In this document: positions 1 through 10,270 of the stretch, piece after piece
Layout: the number at the start of each line of letters is the position of its first letter
Numbering within the stretch: position 1 is the stretch's first letter
NCBI GenBank assembly: GCA_043228905.1
Contig: JBHGNT010000013.1
Coordinates: forward strand, 7,936,001-8,000,000
Length of the DNA stretch: 64,000 nucleotides
Origin: Azolla caroliniana
Taxonomy: Eukaryota > Plantae > Polypodiophyta
Reading direction: 5' to 3'
The notes under the pieces: model-generated
The model's input: only the letters and a program-made list of their open reading frames with translations
Database searches by the model: none
Told to the model about the DNA's origin: nothing
Position numbers and translations under genes: made by a program

Positions 1-1333
1 GCTGGTACGTACCATTTTTACTATTAATTATCCATACTGGACCTGTCCATCTATACCGGAGTTTCCCAGGCATAAGTCCCATTCTCGTCTGGAATACCAA
101 TACCGGTTTCCCAATTTCGAATTGCTCTTCCGATTTCCTTCGATGTCGATTTACGAATGCCTTGATTTGTCTCTGCTTGTGTTCTAGTGCTGACATTGAT
201 TGAATCCGTTCTTCTTCTAATACTAATAAAGCCTCTTTGCGTATCTGCTCCGATTCTATTTCATTTAACTTATTCGTTGCTTGGATACGAAGTGTCGGAA
301 TTTGAAATTCGATCGGCATAACGGCTTCGAGTCCGAATGCCATTCGGAAAGGTGTTGATTTAATGGATGTTTTGTACGAAGTACGATATGCCCATAATGC
401 ACTATTTAACTTTTGATCCCAATCAGTACGATTTTCATTCACTATCTTCTTTAAAATTGTTTGAATTGTTTTATTTGTCGATTCTGCCAATCCATTAGCT
501 TGGGGATAGTAAGGCGTACTTTTCTTATGAACTACGGCATAGTAATTGGTTAATTCGTTAATTAACTTGTTAATAAAATGAGTGCCTTGATCGCTTACCA
601 ATTCTATTGGGCAACCGAATCGACACCATATATACTCATACAGGAATTTTGCTGTGGATGCTGCTGTATTGTCCCTGAGAGCTTTTGCTTCAACCCATTT
701 TGTGCAATAGTCAGTCGCAATTATGATATATCGATTACCGGTTCTTGCAGCTGCTGGTTTGAATGGACCAACAAAATCTAAGCCCCATTTCTGAAATGGC
801 TCAAGAGGTAAAACCGGTTGAAAAGGCATTCGATCCTTTTCGGTTGGTTGCCCCATTCTTTGTCACAAATCGCATTTCTTACAGTATTCGTTAGCATCTT
901 TCATCACCGTTGGCCACCATAACCCGCTATTCCATATTTTTCTGGCTGTTGCTTCTCCTACGTAATGACCGCCAGCAATTCCACAATGTGACTCTGTTAA
1001 TATGGCTGATTTTTCAAATTTTCGTACTGCCCTTCGCCATATTCCATCCGCTCCTTTATGATACAATATGTCATTAAATAAACAAAAATTCCGACTTCGT
1101 ACTGCAATTCTTTTTCTTTCATCTGTCGACATGTGTTTGGCCGGAATTCCTGTTGATAGAAATATCGTCATTTCGGAAATCCATTCATCCTCTTTTTCCT
1201 CATTCACTTCATGTGCTTTTACTGCCTCAACCCGAAATAATTGAGTATCTGGAAAATCATCTTTAACCCCAACCGCTTCTTCTCCAGACTCAAGCCGACT
1301 GAGATAGTCAGCAATCGCGTGCTGTGCTCCTGG
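1..1333 (-). pseudogene. Integrase of A (HHCC zinc finger, catalytic core, GPY/F region) with stops
   Basis: ORF 863-1207 has H-GH...WWP...CKKCDL. Downstream the minus strand reads KWGLDFVGP, SDQG, YYPQANG and YRWTGP. Confidence 0.9.
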
Positions 1334-4300
1334 TCAATGTATAATGTCGAATTCAAACTCTTGAAGCAATAACGTCCATCTGGCTAACTTGCCTGTCAAT
1401 TCTTGTTTGGAAACTAGATACAGTAAAGCCGAATGATCCACATGAAATGTAAATTTCTTACCCAAAAGGTAATGTCGAAATTTGTTCACACTATATATCA
1501 TTCCCAAAGCTTCTCTTTCGGTTGTTGAATAGTTTCTTTCGGCCGACGAAAGTTTCCTACTGGCATAGTATACCGGCCTATACCAGTTTGGTTCGGATAA
1601 TTGCATTAAAGCACTGCCTATGGCAATGTCCGACGCATCGACGAAAACATGAAATGGTTTGTTCCAGTCCGGTGGTTGAACTACCGGAACCTTCGTCAGC
1701 ATCTTCTTGAGACATTCGTATGCATCTTGTTCTATACTTGTCCATATAAAAGGAACTTTGTGTACTGCTATGTGTAACGGGATAACAATGTCTGCTAGAT
1801 ATCTCATCATTCTACTGTGCCACCGAATTTGACCCAAAAATCTACTTAGAGCTTTAGCATTTGTTGGTGGTGTTGCCTCAATAATTGCTTTAACTTTGTC
1901 TGGGTCCACTGCAATCCCTTCTTGACTGACAATATGCCCAAGTAACGTACCACTCATTACTCCGAATGCGCATTTGGCTGGATTTAAGCTAAGACGCCCT
2001 TTTCGACATTTTTCTAAACATAGCCGTAAATGCTCAAAATGATCAGCTTTCCGACTATATTCTGCAAAATCATCTAAAAACACCTGCATGAAAGCTGGAA
2101 TATATTCCCCGAATATTTCCTGTATTACCCGCTGAAATGTAGCTGGAGCTGTTTTTAAACCGAACATCATTACTACTGCCACAAAGACACCCCATTCTGT
2201 GACGAAGGCTGTCTTTTCCTGATCTTCCGGATTCATCCGTACTTGGTTGTACCCACTGAACCCATCCAAGAAACTATAAATTTCATGTCCCGCTACTGCA
2301 TCTAATATGCCATCTGTGAATGGCAACGGAAACGCATCCGTAATTGTCGCTGCATTCAATTTTCTGTAATCCACACATACGCGAATTTTCCCATTCTTTT
2401 TCTGGACTACTACTATCGGACTCAGCCATGTTGATTTTTTGACGGGTCGAATAAATCCTACTTTTAAGAGTTTATCGATTTCTTCTTTTACTTTGATAGC
2501 ATAATTCAGATTCAACCTGTACCTGCGTTGTTGTACTGGCTTTGCATCTTTATGCAAATTGATTTGATGTTGACAAAAAGCGGGATCCAGACCTTTCATA
2601 TCGTCAAACGACCATGCAAAAACATCTTTATATTGTAATAGTAATGTTGTTAATGTCCGTTTGTCATTTTCCGCCAAATCTCTAGCAATCAAGACTGTTT
2701 TTCTTTCAGCATCCTCTACTCCTGCCAAATCAATCTCCTCCAATGCTGAGGCTTGCACTCTCTGAGATACCTTCATTTCCTTATCTGTAGCTTCTTGTTG
2801 CATTCGTATTTCTTTCATTGTTTGCTCATCGATTGGCACTTCTTCGTGTGAGTCTACATATGGTGTTAATGCTTGCAAAATATCTACCTCAAATAGAGGG
2901 ATGATTTTCTGATTATCATCGAAATACTGACTTTCTTCTTCCTCGTCCAATCCTTCCATCATATTAACTGCTTCTGCATGTACAGGTAAACTCTGTTTGC
3001 TTGTTGTCACTTTGTTGTGCGTCGGAATCCTGACCTTAATTTTTCCTTTCCTAAATGTTAGCACATTTTGTTTCCAATTTTGTTTAATATTAGTTGTCTT
3101 TAACCATGGTCTCCCCAATAACAAGGGGTATGCTCCCTGTGTTTCTAACTGCAAAATTACTACCGAAATCTGAAAACTGTGTCCCCCGATTATTATGTCC
3201 AGTTCTCGAAGCAAACCAATCGGTCGTACCGTACTTGTATTTGCCATTCGTAACCAAAACGGGCATGCTTCCCATTCCGTGATTCCCAGTTTTTCACATG
3301 TAGTTTTGTTAATCACATTAACACCCGAGCCTCCATCTATAATCACATTTCCGATTTCTTGCCCGTAAAGTATTACCTTAATCGACGGATTCTGTTCATC
3401 CATGATCGAAGGGTTATTACTTGGCTGATTGTAGTGTACTGCTATTTGTTCGGAACCTTTATATGCAATTAATGCTGCCACTTTTTCTGTAAACCTTGGT
3501 ACTAACTTAAGTAAGCCCGTAAGTGGCAATGACACTTGGCAATCAGCCAACAGTTTCCAAGTTTCTTCCTGTTCCTTATTCCCCAATGACTGTTGTACAA
3601 CGATGTCCTGGTCAATGTTATTGTCTTGTAACATTCGATTCACATTACTTTGATTTGCTTCGTCCACCCATTCTTTTGCCGCCTTCCGAACTTCTTCCTG
3701 AATTTCCCACTTTGATTGTTTGCTTTTGCTGCGTGTCGTTACTTGCTGAACTTCCGGTATTACCATATTAACTGCTGGACCCTTTCCTTTAACCGGACAT
3801 TGATTAGCATAATGGCCTATTTGTCGACAAATGTAACAAGTGGGTACAAATGTTGCACTGGTCTCTCCATGTGCAAATTGGCCATTATTAAATTGCTGCT
3901 CTTCATTACCATTCGGGTTTTGTTGGTATTGACGTGTAGCTTTTGGTTTGTAAAATCTCTTGTTTTTATACCGATTCTGCCTAAATTGTTCAGTATTATC
4001 ATTTGGTTGTGCTATATTGTGTGGTATCCCGAACTCCTGATTTGGCGGAAAATTACTCTGTTGAAACATTTGATTATTTTGTGGAACGGTTTGAGTATTA
4101 TGTTGAAAGGTCATATTACCCGGTTGAAATGCCGGATTTGGTTGAAATGTAGAATTCGGTTGCACATTCGGACAGTTCTGTTGAAACCCTTGAAATGGTG
4201 GGTTACCTTGTTGGAAACTTTGATTATTTTGTTGAAAATATTGATTCGGATTCTGTACGAATGGTGGATTGGATTGAACAAAACCTGGTTGAAATGCTTG

Positions 4301-5386
4301 AGTCACTTGAGTGGGTTGCATATTTTGTTGTGAAAAGATCTGATTTGGCTGTAAAACCGGATTCTGTTGTACATTTTGCTGATTTTGTGAAAAATTATTA
4401 TTTTGATAACCATTGAACAGATTAGTGTTATTTTGGTAACCATTGTCAGTAAAAATTTGTCGTACTGACGCCGTAGTCTTATTAAGCAGATTATATTCAC
4501 ATTGTTCTACTGAATGTAATTTTGAATGACATATTGTACAATGTGTTCTTAACATACATTCAATTGCCGAATGCCCCGTATTTAAACAAGTGGTGCATTG
4601 AACTGCTTGTCGAAATTGTAACTCCTCTATTGTTGGTAATGTACGGTGTAATGCCGACATGTCCATACTCTGAACATTGACCGGTGGTCGACCCATTTCT
4701 ATTGCTTTATCAATTACTTGTTCGATAGTCTGATTCCGAAAATCGAACACTTTCAATGTCGTCCTTAATGGTTCTTTTACAGCTTCTAGAAAGACTTCTT
4801 TTAATTCCTTATCTGGAATCGGCCTTGAAATCTGAAGCTGTAAGTTCTGAAATCGTATCACAAACTGAGATACTGTTTCATTTTTTTCTTGATATAACGC
4901 ATAAAATTGCGCAATCAAATCCTTCTGTGGAATTTGTTGATGAAATAATTGTAAAAATTTACTAGTTAACACTTCAAAGGATGGAAATCCTTGAAGACCG
5001 TTCTGCGCAAACCAATTAGCGGAATATCCGTCTAATGATAAGACGAACTCAGCGATTTTTGACTTATCTTCGGCATCTGCCGACAATCGCTGAGCTCCAT
5101 GGTTAATCTCCCATGTCGTTAAGAAATCCCTAACATGTGCTTCCGCATCTGTTCCTTCCCGGAACTTAGAATAAGTATAAGGCATATCGTCCCAAATGTC
5201 GTAAAACGATACCTCTTCCGTCTGTTTTTCGTCTGAAGGTAATTGATCGGATAAGTCAGGAAGTTTCGACCACTTTGTGCTTGATTCTGGCTGTTCTTGC
5301 GCAATGAACGCTTGCTGCACTACCTTCGTAACTGACCTTGTACGAGGGCGCTTACAACTGACCGGTGCCTCCTCTTCATACGACAT
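1334..5386 (-). CDS. Gag-Pol polyprotein of A (capsid, CCHC knuckles, protease, RT, RNase H), ended by a premature stop
   Basis: CTTC..GH..C/CTIC..H..C and CYICRQIGHYANQC knuckles; IIDGGSGVNVI protease; YRKLN, FLDGFSGYNQ, FLDDF RT motifs; DAS/NYSTTERE/DH RNase H. TGA at 1334-1336 where the homologous C ORF reads HRPG. Confidence 0.95.
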   Translation of the reverse strand: MSYEEEAPVSCKRPRTRSVTKVVQQAFIAQEQPESSTKWSKLPDLSDQLPSDEKQTEEVSFYDIWDDMPYTYSKFREGTDAEAHVRDFLTTWEINHGAQRLSADAEDKSKIAEFVLSLDGYSANWFAQNGLQGFPSFEVLTSKFLQLFHQQIPQKDLIAQFYALYQEKNETVSQFVIRFQNLQLQISRPIPDKELKEVFLEAVKEPLRTTLKVFDFRNQTIEQVIDKAIEMGRPPVNVQSMDMSALHRTLPTIEELQFRQAVQCTTCLNTGHSAIECMLRTHCTICHSKLHSVEQCEYNLLNKTTASVRQIFTDNGYQNNTNLFNGYQNNNFSQNQQNVQQNPVLQPNQIFSQQNMQPTQVTQAFQPGFVQSNPPFVQNPNQYFQQNNQSFQQGNPPFQGFQQNCPNVQPNSTFQPNPAFQPGNMTFQHNTQTVPQNNQMFQQSNFPPNQEFGIPHNIAQPNDNTEQFRQNRYKNKRFYKPKATRQYQQNPNGNEEQQFNNGQFAHGETSATFVPTCYICRQIGHYANQCPVKGKGPAVNMVIPEVQQVTTRSKSKQSKWEIQEEVRKAAKEWVDEANQSNVNRMLQDNNIDQDIVVQQSLGNKEQEETWKLLADCQVSLPLTGLLKLVPRFTEKVAALIAYKGSEQIAVHYNQPSNNPSIMDEQNPSIKVILYGQEIGNVIIDGGSGVNVINKTTCEKLGITEWEACPFWLRMANTSTVRPIGLLRELDIIIGGHSFQISVVILQLETQGAYPLLLGRPWLKTTNIKQNWKQNVLTFRKGKIKVRIPTHNKVTTSKQSLPVHAEAVNMMEGLDEEEESQYFDDNQKIIPLFEVDILQALTPYVDSHEEVPIDEQTMKEIRMQQEATDKEMKVSQRVQASALEEIDLAGVEDAERKTVLIARDLAENDKRTLTTLLLQYKDVFAWSFDDMKGLDPAFCQHQINLHKDAKPVQQRRYRLNLNYAIKVKEEIDKLLKVGFIRPVKKSTWLSPIVVVQKKNGKIRVCVDYRKLNAATITDAFPLPFTDGILDAVAGHEIYSFLDGFSGYNQVRMNPEDQEKTAFVTEWGVFVAVVMMFGLKTAPATFQRVIQEIFGEYIPAFMQVFLDDFAEYSRKADHFEHLRLCLEKCRKGRLSLNPAKCAFGVMSGTLLGHIVSQEGIAVDPDKVKAIIEATPPTNAKALSRFLGQIRWHSRMMRYLADIVIPLHIAVHKVPFIWTSIEQDAYECLKKMLTKVPVVQPPDWNKPFHVFVDASDIAIGSALMQLSEPNWYRPVYYASRKLSSAERNYSTTEREALGMIYSVNKFRHYLLGKKFTFHVDHSALLYLVSKQELTGKLARWTLLLQEFEFDIIH

Positions 5387-5421
5387 CCATTCGAATTGTT
5401 CTTTGCTTAATTGCAGATGTA

Positions 5422-5434
5422 ACCGGGCGTGCCA
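5422..5434 (-). promoter_or_regulatory. PBS of A, TGGCACGCCCGGT (tRNA-Arg type)
   Basis: TGG-starting motif 11 nt inside the LTR end, identical to the PBS of D. Confidence 0.8.
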
Positions 5435-5445
5435 AAATTCTTTTG

Positions 5446-5902
5446 TGTTAATCGGCTAATTACTAACTACTACCGATACAGAAGAGTGAACGTCGCTACT
5501 CAACGTTCTAACAAGGAATTGTGTTTTACGAACGGAATTATACTATATTAATCGGTAATTACCGTGATCGTTACTTAGTTATAAATTAGGAAGCTTGCAC
5601 TTAAGAACATAGACAATAGAAAGAACACAGAATCCGTACAGGATATTCCTAACTTAAACTTATATTACTAAATAAAACGACCTTTCTTACAATGCCTTCG
5701 GTTCCCTTTTATAGGTATACCGAAGGTCTTTTCTCATCAAGAACTATTCCTACTTACTATCAAGATTTACAAAATTATCTAACTAACTTAGTTCTCTTCG
5801 TTTACTGCTGAGTCATTGATCCGAACAGTCGATCCGAACCGACTCTGTTTTCGACGCTTTCCCACTTGTTCGGTAAAACTGACTGTCCGGGTCCGGGTAA
5901 CA
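5446..5902 (-). repeat. 5' LTR of A
   Basis: Terminal inverted TGTTA/TAACA, minus-strand TATA (CCTATAAAAG, about 5705-5714), adjacent PBS. Confidence 0.8.
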
Positions 5903-6475
5903 GCAGCTGAGAAGGGCCACATGAACAGACAAGCCGACCGAAAGGGTCAAAGTGCGCGAAATCGAACGGGTCGAGGAGCGTCAGCAAGGCGTAAAGCCAG
6001 GAGAAGCCGGAGCGAAGATCCGGAAGAGCGAATGGAACCTCAAGTTGAGCTTGAGGGGGAGTGTTGAGATACAACCTCAACATTGGGTGCATAACTAGGT
6101 GTGTAACCCAATGCGTAGATTGGGTGCGTAAAACCATATGGACAACACAGTCATAGCGGTATGTAAACCGAGAGGCCGTTAGAACATTATTCCTTTTAAG
6201 GAATAATTTTAGGAGTTAGTGTAGAAGGCTCATTTATGAGTAGTCAAGTATTGTCAGTACTTGTGTCAGCCCAATAGTCAGGGCTTGTAAAAAAGGTGCT
6301 CACTGAGCACGATGTACACACACAGAGAACATATAGAGATTTATTTTTTAATATAGTTTTCGTTCTGCTCTCCCTCTCCTTCTTTGTGATTTCTACTTTT
6401 TTACCGAACTGTCATACTTCCGAACTGTGTACTCTGTGTCTTATGCATACGCTTCCGTACACATATTCTTTTACA
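5903..6475 (+). mobile_element. 3' end of Copia L: PPT (6053-6061) and 3' LTR (6062-6475)
   Basis: GAGGGGGAG directly followed by TGTTG; the LTR ends TTTTACA. Both termini resemble the LTR of Copia K (58071-58457). Confidence 0.8.
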
Positions 6476-6766
6476 AGTATAAAGCTCTTCGTTGGATCCA
6501 CATGCATCAATATTTGTGCAAATGTAAATGCATGTTTCAAATCCTCAAATGTAGAGTTTGCATTTGTACTCCATACAAATGGTTGATTCTTTTGTGTCAG
6601 TTGAGTGAAGTGTGACACGATCTTTGAATAATCTTTGATGACATTGCGATAAAATTTTGCGAACCCCAAAAATCATTCAACATCTTGCACAGATTGTGGT
6701 GATTACGAATCCAAAACTGTTTGAACCTTTGCAGGATCCATAGAGATGCCACTTGAGGAGACTATG
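6476..6766 (-). pseudogene. Tcn1/Tf2-type Gypsy J, RT-connection fragment (downstream half)
   Basis: IVSSSGISMDPAKVQTV...GFAKFYRNVIKDYSKIV...FVWS; joins in frame with the segment from 43188 once B is removed. Confidence 0.85.
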
Positions 6767-7291
6767 TGATGAGAATAGCGCGGAATATAGCTCGGCCACA
6801 ACCGAGTCCTGAATCACTTCATTTAAGGATCAAACACAGAAATGGGAATGGAGGTAAATACTCGAACACACACAAACAATAGAGAGTACACATGATGTTT
6901 ACATGGAAAATCCTAATAGAGAAAAACCACGGGAGCCCACAAACTCCGAACTATCACTATATGAGAAAGGTACAATTAGAGACTCGGAGGCAACGACCTC
7001 GAGCTCTGTTTCTTTGCCACATGGCGGTTACAACAGAAATCGTTCTGTATCTCACTCACTCTCTCTCTCTCTCTCTGTCAATAGTTATGCACATACAACA
7101 ATATGGCTACAACACTTTTCAAGTGATTGCCCTAAGTCATATTTATACCTATATGATCTTAGGGCTATTTACAAATATAGCCTCAATAGGCTTACTCAAA
7201 ACATATTTACAAATATCTTTTTTCTTCCGGTTCTCACCGGGTCCTCTTCATTCATAATTGGATCCCATCCAGAGGGACCGATTTCCCAACA
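6767..7291 (-). repeat. 3' LTR of B
   Basis: TGATGAGAATAG...TTCCCAACA; direct repeat of 42579-43187; PPT at 7292-7302. Confidence 0.93.
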
Positions 7292-7302
7292 ATCTCCCCC
7301 TT

Positions 7303-8320
7303 CACTTCGGCATGGGATGTCTCGTCAGCCCGATCCGCTTTCAGCACACGTCCAGCTTGTCTGTTGTCAACACCTTGGTTGGCATGTCCAACCCGTTCTC
7401 CTCCGTGTGGATCTTCGTCAGCATGAACTCTTGATCTTTTACTCTCTCCCAGATCCAGTGGTACCTTTGCTGGATATGTTTCGTTTGGAAATGGTAGGCC
7501 GCATTCTTTGCAAGGTGGATGGCACTTTGACTGTCGCAGTAGAGCCGGTATTCCTCCTGCTGGATCCCTAGCTCTCCGATGAAGTCCTTCATCCAGATTA
7601 TCTCCTTGTCGGCTTCTACAGTTGGCATGTACTCCGCCTCCGTGGTTGACAACGCAACCGTCTTTTGTAGCCTCCCCTTGCATAAGTCATGACGTATCCG
7701 GATGTAGACCGACTGGTATCCGCATCAGCCGACATATCCGAATCCATGAAACCATCGAATTGGGGTTTTCCGGAGCCAAACCGGAGGCACATACTCGAGG
7801 TGCCTTTTAGATACCGGAGTATCCACTTGACCGCATTCTAATGCTCGCTTCTGGGATTGCTCATGAACCGGCTCACCACTCCGACTGCGTATCCGATATC
7901 CGGTCGTGCACATACCATCGCGTACCTCGAGCTTTTGACGGCAGAGGCATATGGAATCTTCATGATATCCATATTCTCCGCCTTTGTCCTCGAGCTTTGT
8001 TTTGTAGATAACTTGCAGTTTATTGGAAGTGTCGATCCGACCAGTTTCGCCTTCGACATGTTGAACCGTTGAAGCACCTTTGTCACGTACTTCTCTTGTG
8101 ACAACCACAACAGCTTCTTCGACCGGTCCCAAATGATGTGCATTCCCAATATTTGTCTTGTTGAATCCAAGTCTTACATTGAGAAGGTCCGGTTTAGAGC
8201 CTTCTTTAGCATCCGGATCTTGTCTTGGTCTCGTCCGACGATCAGCATATCATCCACATATAGGAGAAGTATTAGGAAATCTCCTCCATCAAATTTCTTC
8301 ACAAACATGCAGTGATCAGC
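7303..8320 (-). pseudogene. B pol: C-terminal RT and RNase H
   Basis: LLLYVDDMLI, RQILGM, PYASAV, RPDI, STTEAEY, YCDSQSAIHLAKN, TKHI; frameshifts and stops. Confidence 0.92.
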
Positions 8321-8719
8321 CGAAACTCACACACATCCTTCACTCTGCAGTAGTTAGCAATTTCCCATACCCCATACACGAAACACTCCAATCAAGGTAA
8401 AGTAGGATCTATGCCACAAAATAGATGGTATGGTGAGGATTGTAGGTGCTTACATAGACAACTTACAATATCACAACTCAGTGGTAGTATTACCTCAGTA
8501 CAAGCTCGTAAAGAAATGCGCAAGATGACACGTCCTAAGAGACGAGCATGGGAGGCATCCCAATATTGGGAACTCTACCATATGCTCCTGAGTAGCGATT
8601 GTGCCACTGCATGGAAGAGATTACGGGAACCAAGACCACAAACACCCATCGAAGATCCCGAAACTTGACACACTTATACAGAGAGACTTTACCAAATCCC
8701 AAACCAACCACCCATTCCA

Positions 8720-9553
8720 ATGCCTTCTACACCCCGACCTACTGTGGGGACACTCTTCATGACCTCTAGGGTCACGAAGGTCATAAAGAAATTACAACAT
8801 AGGAAGTCCATGGACCACACAGGATTACGAGCAAAACACATCATATATGCGAGAGAGTGTCTGGCTCCCTTGCTAACTCTAATCTTCAATCGCGCCCTCG
8901 CAGAGGGTTTTCCACCACAATGGACCATGAACACAGTGGCCCCCATACATAAAGGGGGGGACCCCATGGACCCAAATACTTATAGGACCATTATGATAGG
9001 TCATACCCTTGCTAAATTATATGGTGCAGTAATGGAGGCAGAGTTTAGCAATTATATGGAGACCTTAAATCTTCGTGCACCTGAACAGGCTGGCTTTAGA
9101 CAAGCCTTCTCCACTATTGATCATATCTTCACACTTAGATGCTTAATTTACCAGACTAAGGCTCGCAAGAAGAAACTATATTGTTGTTTTGTGGACTTCC
9201 GCAAAGCCTTTGACATAGTCCCTAGAAAGCGGTTGTTTGATAGGCTTAAGAGCTTGAGGATACCAGATGACATGGTTTGGGCCATCTACGCACTATATGA
9301 ACAAGTGTCCGGGTGTGTTCGATGCCAAGGTGGCATATCCGATAGTTTCACTAGCACTATTGGTGTAAAACAAGGTTGCCCCTTATTTGCGACTCTTTCT
9401 GAGATCTACATTGATGAGATAACAAATTTTATTGCTCATAAGGGAGGCAATGGAGTAGTCCTTGGGGATACGCAGGTGCGTATCTTGCTCTATGCAGACA
9501 ACATAGTTTTGCTCTTTGAATCCGAACACGACCTACAAAGGCACCTTAATGCT
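8720..9553 (+). pseudogene. LINE reverse transcriptase, N-terminal part
   Basis: ORF 8720-9586 carries non-LTR RT motifs up to the C insertion. Confidence 0.9.
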
Positions 9554-9986
9554 TGTTACCGGCCGGCAAAGGAGTCCAGAGTGTGAAACGGGGAGTTATT
9601 TAAGTAGTAGGAATGTGGATGTAATTAAGCTATGAGTGGACGGACGGACCGGAATCGGTATGCCGTTCCGGATCCGGACCGATCCCGAACAGGTGCGGAT
9701 GGCACCGTTTTGTAATACAGACCGGAAACCTATTTAAAGGCCCAGATACAATGTAATGAATAACGGTTAATTAATAAAGCTTAGTGTTGTTATCTCTTTG
9801 TGTTAATTGCCGTTCTGCCTTCATTGTTATAGCTTACGCGTGTGATTATTAAAGACGATCATGCTAAGTAACCTAATTAAGTCGGATTAATCGTTGAGTC
9901 TAATCCTGTTGCCGTAACACCCCTTTGGTGAAGTGTCTTCCGTAGACACCCTGTGTTAGGCCATTGTCTGGCCCTAAGAGTTAGCA
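9554..9986 (+). repeat. 5' LTR of C
   Basis: TGTTACC...GAGTTAGCA; near-identical to 21679-22113. Confidence 0.95.
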
Positions 9987-10270
9987 CAGTTTTTGGCGAC
10001 CACGATTCCTGTTTTTGCAGCGAACGACGGCACGGATGGATGACTAGATCAACGCACGACCTGGTTACAGATCGAACTTGATGCCTTGTCGAAAGGCAAA
10101 GGAGACGTGAGGCTTTCCAGCAAGCGGCGCAGGAAATTAGAGCGGATCGCTCGTTTTCCAACGTAATCCGAAGAGTAGCGGAGGACTCCCTCTGGTTACA
10201 GCAAACATCGCACCTGGACAACAACAGCAACCTAAGCAGCCTCTGGGAAACCGGATCCCTTCTCCAGGCG

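Larger units (their letters stand above)
1..5902 (-). mobile_element. Ty3/Gypsy non-chromovirus (Athila/Tat-related) LTR retrotransposon A; 3' end lies left of the window
   Basis: 5' LTR TGTTA...TAACA at 5446-5902, PBS, and gag-PR-RT-RH-INT order on the minus strand. Inserted into Copia L, with flank GCAGC at 5903-5907. Confidence 0.93.
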
